Assembly (NCBI GenBank): GCA_964016885.1
Contig: OZ024741.1
Coordinates: forward strand, 415,772,001-415,836,000
Direction of reading: 5' to 3'
Source of the DNA: Eledone cirrhosa
Lineage: Eukaryota
DNA: 64,000 nucleotides
Shown: in pieces, positions 44,140-57,640 of the stretch
How the letters are laid out: each line of letters begins with the position of its first letter
Position numbering within the stretch: position 1 is the stretch's first letter
Notes under the pieces: model-generated
Told to the model about the DNA's origin: nothing
Databases searched by the model: none
The model's input: only the letters and a program-made list of their open reading frames with translations
Made by a program: the position numbers and the translations under genes

Positions 44140-47100
44140 TCGGGCCTCTGTTATATTAACTGGGGCCTCTGTTATATTAAATGGGGTCTCTGATATATTA
44201 ACTGGGTTCTCTGTTATATTAACTGGGGTATGTTATATTAACTGGGGTCTCTGTTATATTAACTGGGGTATATTATATTAACTGGGGTCTCTGTTATATT
44301 AACTGGGGCCTCTGTTATATTAACTGGGGCCTCTGTTATATTAACTGGGGCCTCTGTTATATTAAATGGGGTCTCTGTTATATTAACTGGGGTCTCTGTT
44401 ATATTAACTGGGGTCTCTGTTATATTAACTGGGGCCTCTGTTATATTAACTGGGGCCTCTGTTATATTAACTGGGGCCTCTGTTATATTAAATGGGGTCT
44501 CTGTTATATTAACTGGCGCCTCTGTTATATTAACTGGGGTATGTTATATTAACTGGGGTCTCTGTAATATTAACTGGGGTCTCTATTATATTAACTGGGG
44601 TCTCTGTTATATTAACTGGTTTCTCTGTTATATTAACTGGGGTCTCTGTAATATTAACTGGGGTCTCTATTATATTAACTGGGTTCTCTGTTATATTAAC
44701 TGGGGCCTCTGTTATATTAACTGGGGTCTCTGTTATATTAACTGGGGTCTCTGTTATATTAACTGGAATCGCTGTTATATTAACTGGGGCCTCTGTTATA
44801 TTAACTGGGGTCTCTGTTATATTAACTGGGGTCTCTGTTATATTAACTGGGGCCTCTGTTATATTAACTGGGCTCTCTATTTTATTAACTGGGGTCTCTG
44901 TTATATTAACTGAAGTCTCTGTTATATTAACTGGGGTCTCTGTTATGTTAACTGAGGTCTCTGTTATATTAACTGGGGTCTCTATTATATTAACTGGGGT
45001 CTCTGTTATATTAACTGGGGTCTCTGTTATATTAACTGGGGTATGTTATATTAACTGGGGTCTCTGTTATATTAACTGGGTTCTCTGTTATATTAACTGG
45101 GGTATGTTATATTAACTGGGGTCTCTGTTATATTAACTGGGGTCTCTGTTATATTAACTGGGGTATGTTATATTAACTGGGGTCCCTGTAATATTAACTG
45201 GGGCCTCTGTTATATTAACTGGGGCCTCTGTTATATTAAATGGGGTCTCTGTTATATTAGCTGGGGCCTCTGTTATATTAACTGGGGTCTCTGTTACATT
45301 AAATGGGGTCTCTGTATATTAACTGGTGCCTCTGTTATATTAACTGGGGTCTCTGTTATATTAACTGGGGCCTCTGTTATATTAACTGGGGTCTCTGTTA
45401 TATTAACTGGGGTATGTTATATTAACTGGGGTCTCTGTAATATTAACTGGGGTCTCTATTATATTAACTGGGGTCTCTGTTATATTAACTGGGGCCTCTG
45501 TTATATTAACTGGGGCCTCTATTATATTAACTGGGGTCTCTGTTATATTAACTAGGGTCTCTGTTATATTAACTGGGGTCTCTGTTATATTAACTGGGGT
45601 CTCTGTTATATTAACTGGGGTCTCTATTACATTAACTAGGGTCTCTGTTATATTAACTGGGGCCTCTGTTATATTAACTGGGGCCTCTGTTATATTAAAT
45701 GGGGTCTCTGTTATATTAACTGGCGCCTCTGTTATATTAACTGGGGCCTCTGTTATATTAACTGGGGCCTCTGTTATATTAACTGGGGTCTCTGATATAT
45801 TAACTAGGGTCTCTGTTATATTAAATGGGGTCTCTGTTATATTAACTGGGGTCTCTGTTATATTAACTGGTGCCTCTGTTATATTAACTGGGGTCACTGT
45901 TATAGTAACTGGGGCCTCTGTTATATTAACTGGGGTCTCTGTTATATTAACTGGGGTATGTTATATTAACTGGGGTCTCTGTAATATTAACTGGGGTCTC
46001 TATTATATTAACTGGGGTCTCTGTTATATTAACTGGGGCCTCTGTTATATTAACTGGGGCCTCTATTATATTAACTGGGGTCTCTGTTATATTAACTAGG
46101 GTCTCTGTTATATTAAATGGGGTCTCTGTTATATTAACTGGGGTCTCTGTTATATTAACTGGTGCCTCTGTTATATTAACTGGGGTCTCTGTTATATTAA
46201 CTGGGGCCTCTGTTATATTAACTGGGGCCTCTGTTATATTAACTGGGGTCTCTGTTATATTAACTGGGGTCTCTGTTATATTAACTGGGGTATGTTATAT
46301 TAACTGGGGTTTCTGTTATATTAACTGGGGCCACTGTTATATTAACTGGGGCCTCTGTTTTATTAACTGGGGCCTCTGTTATATTAAATGGGGTCTCTGA
46401 TATATTAACTGGGGTCTCTGTTATATTAACTGGGCCCTCTGTTATATTAACTGGGGCCTCTGTTATATTAACTGGGGCCTCTGTTATATTAAATGGGGTC
46501 TCTGTTATATTAACTGGCGCCTCTGTTATATTAACTGGGGCCTCTGTTATATTAACTGGGTCCTCTGTTATATTAACTGGGGTCTCTGTTATATTAACTA
46601 GGGTCTCTGTTATATTAAATGGGGTCTCTGTTATATTAACTGGGGTCTCTGTTATATTAACTGGTGCCTCTGTTATATTAACTGGGGTCTCTGTTATATT
46701 AACTGGGGCCTCTGTTATATTAACTGGGGCCTCTGTTATATTAACTGGGGTCTCTGCTATATTAACTGGGGTCTCTGTTATATTAACTGGGGTATGTTAT
46801 ATTAACTGGGGTCTCTGTAATATTAACTGGGGTCTCTATTATATTAACTGGGGTCTCTGTTATATTAACTGGGGCCTCTGTTATATTAACTGGGGTCTCT
46901 GTTATATTAACTAGGGTCTCTGTTATATTAAATGGGGTCTCTGTTATATTAACTGGGGTTTCTGTTATATTAACTGGTGCCTCTGTTATATTAACTGGGG
47001 TCTCTGTTATATTAACTGGGGTCTCTGTTATATTAACTGGGGCCTCTGTTATATTAACTGGGGTCTCTGTTATATTAACTGGGGCCTCTGTTATATTAAC

Positions 47101-50100
47101 TGGGGTCTCTGTTATATTAACTGGTGCCTCTGTTATATTAACTGGGGTCTCTGTAATATTAACTGGGGTCTCTATTATATTAACTGGGGTGTCTGTTATA
47201 TTAACTGGGGCCTCTGTTATATTAACTAGGGTCTCTGTTATATTAACTGGGGCCTCTGTTATATTAACTGGGGTCTCTGTTATATTAACTGGGGCCTCCA
47301 TTATATTAACTGGGGTCTCTGTTATATTAACTGGGGTCTCTGTTATCTTAAATGGGGTTTCTGTTATATTAACGGGGTTCTCTGTTATATTAACTGGTGC
47401 CTCTGTTATATTAACTGGGGTCTCTGTTATATTAATTGGGGCCTCTGTTATATTAACTGGGGTCTCTGTTATATTAACTGGGGCCTCTGTTATATTAACT
47501 GGGCTCTCTGTTTTATTAACTGGGGTCTCTGTTATATTAACTGAGGTCTCTGTTATATTAACTGGGGTCTCTGTTATATTAACTGAGGTCTCTGTTATAT
47601 TAACTGGGGTCTCTATTATATTAACTGGGGTCTCTGTTATATTAACTGAGGTCTCTGTTATATTAACTGGGGCCTCTGTTATATTAAATGGGGTCTCTGA
47701 TATATTAACTGGGGTCTCTGTTATATTAACTGGGGCCTCTGTTATATTAACTGGGGCCTCTGTTATATTAACTGGGGCCTCTGTTATATTAAATGGGGTC
47801 TCTGTTATATTAACTGGCGCCTCTGTTATATTAACTGGGGCCTCTGTTATATTAACTGGGGCCTCTGTTATATTAACTGGGGTCTCTGTTATATTAACTA
47901 GGGTCTCTGTTATATTAAATGGGGTCTCTGTTATATTAACTGGGGTCTCTGTTATATTAACTGGTGCCTCTGTTATATTAACTGGGGTCTCTGTTATATT
48001 AACTGGGGCCTCTGTTATATTAACTGGCGCCTCTGTTATATTAAATGGGGTCTCTGATATATTAACTGGGGCCTCCGTTATATTAACTGGGGTCTCTGTT
48101 ATATTAACTGGGGTCTCTGTTATCTTAAATGGGGTTTCTGTTATATTAACTGGGGTCTCTGTTATATTAACTGGGGCCTCTGTTATATTAACTGGGGTCT
48201 CTATTATATTAACTGGGGTCTCTGTTATATTAACTGGGGTCTCTGTTACATTAAATGGGGTCTCTGTTATATTAACTGGGGCCTCTGTTATATTAACTGG
48301 GGGCTCTGTTATATTAACTGGGGCCTCTGTTATATTAACTGGGCTCTCTGTTTTATTAACTGGGGTCTCTGTTATATTAACTGAGGTCTCTGTTATATTA
48401 ACTGGGGTCTCTGTTATATTAACTGAGGTCTCTGTTATATTAACTGGGGTCTCTATTATATTAACTGGGGTCTCTGTTATATTAACTGAGGTCTCTGTTA
48501 TATTAACTGGGGTATGTTATATTAACTGGGGTCTCTGTTATATTAACTGGGTTCTCTGTTATATTAACTGGGGTATGTTATATTAACTGGGGTCTCTGTT
48601 ATATTAACTGGGGTCTCTGTTATATTAACTGGGGTATGTTATATTAACTGGGGTCTCTGTAATATTAACTCGGGCCTCTGTTATATTAACTGGGGCCTCT
48701 GTTATATTAAATGGGGTCTCTGATATATTAACTGGGTTCTCTGTTATATTAACTGGGGTATGTTATATTAACTGGGGTCTCTGTTATATTAACTGGGGTA
48801 TATTATATTAACTCGGGCCTCTGTTATATTAACTGGGGCCTCTGTTATATTAAATGGGGTCTCTGATATATTAACTGGGTTCTCTGTTATATTAACTGGG
48901 GTATGTTATATTAACTGGGGTCTCTGTTATATTAACTGGGGTATATTATATTAACTGGGGTCTCTGTTATATTAACTGGGGCCTCTGTTATATTAACTGG
49001 GGCCTCTGTTATATTAACTGGGGCCTCTGTTATATTAAATGGGGTCTCTGTTATATTAACTGGGGTCTCTGTTATATTAACTGGGGTCTCTGTTATATTA
49101 ACTGGGGCCTCTGTTATATTAACTGGGGCCTCTGTTATATTAACTGGGGCCTCTGTTATATTAAATGGGGTCTCTGTTATATTAACTGGCGCCTCTGTTA
49201 TATTAACTGGGGTATGTTATATTAACTGGGGTCTCTGTAATATTAACTGGGGTCTCTATTATATTAACTGGGGTCTCTGTTATATTAACTGGTTTCTCTG
49301 TTATATTAACTGGGGTCTCTGTAATATTAACTGGGGTCTCTATTATATTAACTGGGTTCTCTGTTATATTAACTGGGGCCTCTGTTATATTAACTGGGGT
49401 CTCTGTTATATTAACTGGGGTCTCTGTTATATTAACTGGAATCGCTGTTATATTAACTGGGGCCTCTGTTATATTAACTGGGGTCTCTGTTATATTAACT
49501 GGGGTCTCTGTTATATTAACTGGGGCCTCTGTTATATTAACTGGGCTCTCTATTTTATTAACTGGGGTCTCTGTTATATTAACTGAAGTCTCTGTTATAT
49601 TAACTGGGGTCTCTGTTATGTTAACTGAGGTCTCTGTTATATTAACTGGGGTCTCTATTATATTAACTGGGGTCTCTGTTATATTAACTGGGGTCTCTGT
49701 TATATTAACTGGGGTATGTTATATTAACTGGGGTCTCTGTTATATTAACTGGGTTCTCTGTTATATTAACTGGGGTATGTTATATTAACTGGGGTCTCTG
49801 TTATATTAACTGGGGTCTCTGTTATATTAACTGGGGTATGTTATATTAACTGGGGTCCCTGTAATATTAACTGGGGCCTCTGTTATATTAACTGGGGCCT
49901 CTGTTATATTAAATGGGGTCTCTGTTATATTAGCTGGGGCCTCTGTTATATTAACTGGGGTCTCTGTTACATTAAATGGGGTCTCTGTATATTAACTGGT
50001 GCCTCTGTTATATTAACTGGGGTCTCTGTTATATTAACTGGGGCCTCTGTTATATTAACTGGGGTCTCTGTTATATTAACTGGGGTATGTTATATTAACT

Positions 50101-53100
50101 GGGGTCTCTGTAATATTAACTGGGGTCTCTATTATATTAACTGGGGTCTCTGTTATATTAACTGGGGCCTCTGTTATATTAACTGGGGCCTCTATTATAT
50201 TAACTGGGGTCTCTGTTATATTAACTAGGGTCTCTGTTATATTAACTGGGGTCTCTGTTATATTAACTGGGGTCTCTGTTATATTAACTGGGGTCTCTAT
50301 TACATTAACTAGGGTCTCTGTTATATTAACTGGGGCCTCTGTTATATTAACTGGGGCCTCTGTTATATTAAATGGGGTCTCTGTTATATTAACTGGCGCC
50401 TCTGTTATATTAACTGGGGCCTCTGTTATATTAACTGGGGCCTCTGTTATATTAACTGGGGTCTCTGATATATTAACTAGGGTCTCTGTTATATTAAATG
50501 GGGTCTCTGTTATATTAACTGGGGTCTCTGTTATATTAACTGGTGCCTCTGTTATATTAACTGGGGTCTCTGTTATAGTAACTGGGGCCTCTGTTATATT
50601 AACTGGGGTCTCTGTTATATTAACTGGGGTATGTTATATTAACTGGGGTCTCTGTAATATTAACTGGGGTCTCTATTATATTAACTGGGGTCTCTGTTAT
50701 ATTAACTGGGGCCTCTGTTATATTAACTGGGGCCTCTATTATATTAACTGGGGTCTCTGTTATATTAACTAGGGTCTCTGTTATATTAAATGGGGTCTCT
50801 GTTATATTAACTGGGGTCTCTGTTATATTAACTGGTGCCTCTGTTATATTAACTGGGGTCTCTGTTATATTAACTGGGGCCTCTGTTATATTAACTGGGG
50901 CCTCTGTTATATTAACTGGGGTCTCTGTTATATTAACTGGGGTCTCTGTTATATTAACTGGGGTATGTTATATTAACTGGGGTTTCTGTTAAATTAACTG
51001 GGGCCACTGTTATATTAACTGGGGCCTCTGTTTTATTAACTGGGGCCTCTGTTATATTAAATGGGGTCTCTGATATATTAACTGGGGTCTCTGTTATATT
51101 AACTGGGCCCTCTGTTATATTAACTGGGGCCTCTGTTATATTAACTGGGGCCTCTGTTATATTAAATGGGGTCTCTGTTATATTAACTGGCGCCTCTGTT
51201 ATATTAACTGGGGCCTCTGTTATATTAACTGGGTCCTCTGTTATATTAACTGGGGTCTCTGTTATATTAACTAGGGTCTCTGTTATATTAAATGGGGTCT
51301 CTGTTATATTAACTGGGGTCTCTGTTATATTAACTGGTGCCTCTGTTATATTAACTGGGGTCTCTGTTATATTAACTGGGGCCTCTGTTATATTAACTGG
51401 GGCCTCTGTTATATTAACTGGGGTCTCTGCTATATTAACTGGGGTCTCTGTTATATTAACTGGGGTATGTTATATTAACTGGGGTCTCTGTAATATTAAC
51501 TGGGGTCTCTATTATATTAACTGGGGTCTCTGTTATATTAACTGGGGCCTCTGTTATATTAACTGGGGTCTCTGTTATATTAACTAGGGTCTCTGTTATA
51601 TTAAATGGGGTCTCTGTTATATTAACTGGGGTTTCTGTTATATTAACTGGTGCCTCTGTTATATTAACTGGGGTCTCTGTTATATTAACTGGGGTCTCTG
51701 TTATATTAACTGGGGCCTCTGTTATATTAACTGGGGTCTCTGTTATATTAACTGGGGCCTCTGTTATATTAACTGGGGTCTCTGTTATATTAACTGGTGC
51801 CTCTGTTATATTAACTGGGGTCTCTGTAATATTAACTGGGGTCTCTATTATATTAACTGGGGTGTCTGTTATATTAACTGGGGCCTCTGTTATATTAACT
51901 AGGGTCTCTGTTATATTAACTGGGGCCTCTGTTATATTAACTGGGGTCTCTGTTATATTAACTGGGGCCTCCATTATATTAACTGGGGTCTCTGTTATAT
52001 TAACTGGGGTCTCTGTTATCTTAAATGGGGTTTCTGTTATATTAACGGGGTTCTCTGTTATATTAACTGGTGCCTCTGTTATATTAACTGGGGTCTCTGT
52101 TATATTAATTGGGGCCTCTGTTATATTAACTGGGGTCTCTGTTATATTAACTGGGGCCTCTGTTATATTAACTGGGCTCTCTGTTTTATTAACTGGGGTC
52201 TCTGTTATATTAACTGAGGTCTCTGTTATATTAACTGGGGTCTCTGTTATATTAACTGAGGTCTCTGTTATATTAACTGGGGTCTCTATTATATTAACTG
52301 GGGTCTCTGTTATATTAACTGAGGTCTCTGTTATATTAACTGGGGCCTCTGTTATATTAAATGGGGTCTCTGATATATTAACTGGGGTCTCTGTTATATT
52401 AACTGGGGCCTCTGTTATATTAACTGGGGCCTCTGTTATATTAACTGGGGCCTCTGTTATATTAAATGGGGTCTCTGTTATATTAACTGGCGCCTCTGTT
52501 ATATTAACTGGGGCCTCTGTTATATTAACTGGGGCCTCTGTTATATTAACTGGGGTCTCTGTTATATTAACTAGGGTCTCTGTTATATTAAATGGGGTCT
52601 CTGTTATATTAACTGGGGTCTCTGTTATATTAACTGGTGCCTCTGTTATATTAACTGGGGTCTCTGTTATATTAACTGGGGCCTCTGTTATATTAACTGG
52701 CGCCTCTGTTATATTAAATGGGGTCTCTGATATATTAACTGGGGCCTCCGTTATATTAACTGGGGTCTCTGTTATATTAACTGGGGTCTCTGTTATCTTA
52801 AATGGGGTTTCTGTTATATTAACTGGGGTCTCTGTTATATTAACTGGGGCCTCTGTTATATTAACTGGGGTCTCTATTATATTAACTGGGGTCTCTGTTA
52901 TATTAACTGGGGTCTCTGTTACATTAAATGGGGTCTCTGTTATATTAACTGGGGCCTCTGTTATATTAACTGGGGGCTCTGTTATATTAACTGGGGCCTC
53001 TGTTATATTAACTGGGCTCTCTGTTTTATTAACTGGGGTCTCTGTTATATTAACTGAGGTCTCTGTTATATTAACTGGGGTCTCTGTTATATTAACTGAG

Positions 53101-53485
53101 GTCTCTGTTATATTAACTGGGGTCTCTATTATATTAACTGGGGTCTCTGTTATATTAACTGAGGTCTCTGTTATATTAACTGGGGTATGTTATATTAACT
53201 GGGGTCTCTGTTATATTAACTGGGTTCTCTGTTATATTAACTGGGGTATGTTATATTAACTGGGGTCTCTGTTATATTAACTGGGGTCTCTGTTATATTA
53301 ACTGGGGTATGTTATATTAACTGGGGTCTCTGTAATATTAACTCGGGCCTCTGTTATATTAACTGGGGCCTCTGTTATATTAAATGGGGTCTCTGATATA
53401 TTAACTGGGTTCTCTGTTATATTAACTGGGGTATGTTATATTAACTGGGGTCTCTGTTATATTAACTGGGGTATATTATATTAAC
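44140..53485 (+). repeat. 4,673-bp tandem duplication nested in the second 14-kb unit (junction at ~48813)
   Basis: TCGGG 44140/48813, GGAATCGC 44765/49438 and ORF starts 46783/51456 and 47189/51862 are all offset by 4673. Confidence 0.9.
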
Positions 53486-56400
53486 TGGGGTCTCTGTTAT
53501 ATTAACTGGGGCCTCTGTTATATTAACTGGGGCCTCTGATATATTAACTGGGGCCTCTGTTATATTAAATGGGGTCTCTGTTATATTAACTGGTGCCTCT
53601 GTTATATTAACTGGGGTCTCTGTTATATTAATTGGGGCCTCTGTTATATTAACTGGGGTCTCTGTTATATTAACTGGGGCCTCTGTTATATTAACTGGGC
53701 TCTCTGTTTTATTAACTGGGGTCTCTGTTATATTAACTGAGGTCTCTGTTATATTAACTGGGGTCTCTGTTATATTAACTGAGGTCTCTGTTATATTAAC
53801 TGGGGTCTCTATTATATTAACTGGGGTCTCTGTTATATTAACTGAGGTCTCTGTTATATTAACTGGGGCCTCTGTTATATTAAATGGGGTCTCTGATATA
53901 TTAACTGGGGTCTCTGTTATATTAACTGGGGCCTCTGTTATATTAACTGGGGCCTCTGTTATATTAACTGGGGCCTCTGTTATATTAAATGGGGTCTCTG
54001 TTATATTAACTGGTGCCTCTGTTATATTAACTGGGGCCTCTGTTATATTAACTGGGGCCTCTGTTATATTAACTGGGGTCTCTGTTATATTAACTAGGGT
54101 CTCTGTTATATTAAATGGGGCCTCTGTTATATTAACTGGGCTCTCTGTTTTATTAACTGGGGTCTCTGTTATATTAACTGAAGCCTCTGTTATATTAACT
54201 GGGGTTTCTGTTATGTTAACTGAGGTCTCTGTTATATTAACTGGGGTCTCTATTGTATTAACTGGGGTCTCTGTTATATTAACTGGGGTCTCTGTTATAT
54301 TAACTGGGGTATGTTATATTAACTGGGGTCTCTGTTATATTAACTGGGTTCTCTGTTATATTAACTGGGGTATGTTATATTAACTGGGGTCTCTGTTATA
54401 TTAACTGGGGTCTCTGTTATATTAACTGGGGTATGTTATATTAACTGGGGTCCCTGTAATATTAACTGGGGCCTCTGTTATATTAACTGGGGCCTCTGTT
54501 ATATTAAATGGGGTATCTGTTATATTAGCTGGGGCCTCTGTTATATTAACTGGGGTCTCTTTTACATTAAATGGGGTCTCTGTATATTAACTGGGGCCTC
54601 TGTAATATTAACTGGGGTCTGTTATATTAACTGGGGTCTCTGTTATATTAACTGGGGTCTCTGTTATATTAACTGGGGTCTCTATTACATTAACTAGGGT
54701 CTCTGTTATATTAACTGGGGCCTCTGTAATATTAACTGGGGTATGTTATATTAACTGGGGTCTCTGTTATATTAACTGAGGTCTCTGTAATATTAACTGG
54801 GGTCTCTATTATATTAACTGGGGTCTCTGTTATATTAACTGGGATCGCTGTTATATTAACTGGGGTATGTTATATTCACTGGGGTCTCTGTTATATTAAC
54901 TGGGGCCTCTGTTATATTAACTGGGGCCTCTGTTATATTAACTGGGGCCTCTGTTATATTAAATGGGGTCTCTGTTATATTAACTGGGGTCTCTGTTATA
55001 TTAACTGGGGTCTCTGTTATATTAACTGGGGCCTCTGTTATATTAACTGGGGCCTCTGTTATATTAACTGGGGCCTCTGTTATATTAAATGTGGTCTCTG
55101 TTATATTAACTGGCGCCTCTGTTATATTAACTGGGGCCTCTGTTATATTAACTGGGGTATGTTATATTAACTGGGGTCTCTGTAATATTAACTGGGGTCT
55201 CTATTATATTAACTGGGGTCTCTGTTATATTAACTGGGGTCTCTGCAATATTAACTGGGGTCTCTATTATATTAACTGGGGTCTCTGTTATATTAACTGG
55301 GGCCTCAGTTATATTAACTGGGGTCTCTGTTATATTAACTGGGGTCTCTGTTATATTAACTGGAATCTCTGTTATATTAACTGGGGTCTCTGTTATATTA
55401 ACTGAGGTCTCTGTTATATTAACTGGGGTCTCTGTTATATTAACTGAGGTCTCTGTTATATTAACTGGGGTCTCTATTATATTAACTGGGGTCTCTGTTA
55501 TATTAACTGAGGTCTCTGTTATATTAACTGGGGTATGTTATATTAACTGGGGTCTCTGTTATATTAACTGGGTTCTCTGTTATATTAACTGGGGTCTCTG
55601 TTATATTAACTGGGGTCTCTGTAATATTAACTCGGGCCTCTGTTATATTAACTGGGGCCTCTGTTATATTAAATGGGGTTTCTGATATATTAACTGGGTT
55701 CTCTGTTATATTAACTGGGGTATGTTATATTAACTGGGGTCTCTGTTATATTAACTGGGGTATATTATATTAACTGGGGTCTCTGTTATATTAACTGGGG
55801 CCTCTGTTATATTAACTGGGGCCTCTGATATATTAACTGGGGCCTCTGTTATATTAAATGGGGTCTCTGTTATATTAACTGGTGCCTCTGTTATATTAAC
55901 TGGGGTCTCTGTTATATTAATTGGGGCCTCTGTTATATTAACTGGGGTCTCTGTTATATTAACTGGGGCCTCTGTTATATTAACTGGGCTCTCTGTTTTA
56001 TTAACTGGGGTCTCTGTTATATTAACTGAGGTCTCTGTTATATTAACTGGGGTCTCTGTTATATTAACTGAGGTCTCTGTTATATTAACTGGGGTCTCTG
56101 TTATATTAACTGAGGTCTCTGTTATATTAACTGGGGCCTCTGTTATATTAAATGGGGTCTCTGATATATTAACTGGGGTCTCTGTTATATTAACTGGGGC
56201 CTCTGTTATATTAACTGGGGCCTCTGTTATATTAACTGGGGCCTCTGTTATATTAAATGGGGTCTCTGTTATATTAACTGGTGCCTCTGTTATATTAACT
56301 GGGGCCTCTGTTATATTAACTGGGGCCTCTGTTATATTAACTGGGGTCTCTGTTATATTAACTAGGGTCTCTGTTATATTAAATGGGGCCTCTGTTATAT

Positions 56401-57640
56401 TAACTGGGCTCTCTGTTTTATTAACTGGGGTCTCTGTTATATTAACTGAAGCCTCTGTTATATTAACTGGGGTCTCTGTTATGTTAACTGAGGTCTCTGT
56501 TATATTAACTGGGGTCTCTATTATATTAACTGGGGTCTCTGTTATATTAACTGGGGTCTCTGTTATATTAACTGGGGTATGTTATATTAACTGGGGTCTC
56601 TGTTATATTAACTGGGTTCTCTGTTATATTAACTGGGGTATGTTATATTAACTGGGGTCTCTGTTATATTAACTGGGGTCTCTGTTATATTAACTGGGTT
56701 ATGTTATATTAACTGGGGTCCCTGTAATATTAACTGGGGCCTCTGTTATATTAACTGGGGCCTCTGTTATATTAAATGGGGTATCTGTTATATTAGCTGG
56801 GGCCTCTGTTATATTAACTGGGGTCTCTTTTACATTAAATGGGGTCTCTGTATATTAACTGGGGCCTCTGTAATATTTACTGGGGTATGTTATATTAACT
56901 GGGGTCTCTGTTATATTAACTGGGGTCTCTGTTATATTAACTGGGGTCTCTATTACATTAACTAGGGTCTCTGTTATATTAACTGGGGCCTCTGTAATAT
57001 TAACTGGGGTATGTTATATTAACTGGGGTCTCTGTTATATTAACTGAGGTCTCTGTAATATTAACTGGGGTCTCTATTATATTAACTGGGGTCTCTGTTA
57101 TATTAACTGGGATCTCTGTTATATTAACTGGGGTATGTTATATTAACTGGGGTCTCTGTTATATTAACTGGGGCCTCTGTTATATTAACTGGGGCCTCTG
57201 TTATATTAACTGGGGCCTCTGTTATATTAAATGGGGTCTCTGTTATATTAACTGGGGTCTCTGTTATATTAACTGGGGTCTCTGTTATATTAACTGGGGC
57301 CTCTGTTATATTAACTGGGGCCTCTGTTATATTAACTGGGGCCTCTGTTATATTAAATGTGGTCTCTGTTATATTAACTGGCGCCTCTGTTATATTAACT
57401 GGGGCCTCTGTTATATTAACTGGGGTATGTTATATTAACTGGGGTCTCTGTAATATTAACTGGGGTCTCTATTATATTAACTGGGGTCTCTGTTATATTA
57501 ACTGGGGTCTCTGCAATATTAACTGGGGTCTCTATTATATTAACTGGGGTCTCTGTTATATTAACTGGGGCCTCAGTTATATTAACTGGGGTCTCTGTTA
57601 TATTAACTGGGGTCTCTGTTATATTAACTGGAATCTCCTG
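53300..57640 (+). repeat. ~2,268-2,289-bp tandem duplication at the distal end of the homogeneous domain
   Basis: GAAGCC 54180/56448, AAATGTGG 55087/57355 and ORF starts 55091/57359 are offset by 2268. GCCTCTGAT 53532/55821 is offset by 2289 (one extra monomer). Confidence 0.82.

Larger units (their letters stand above)
26440..54430 (+). repeat. ~14-kb tandem duplication (about 26440-40310 / 40310-54430)
   Basis: Private markers AACAAGG 26647/40504 and TATTGTATG 27131/40988 (offset 13857), GGAATCGC 28468/42535 (14067), and 30656/44765, 35329/49438, TATTGTATT 40142/54251 (14109). The offset steps of 210 and 42 bp equal 10 and 2 monomers. Confidence 0.9.
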
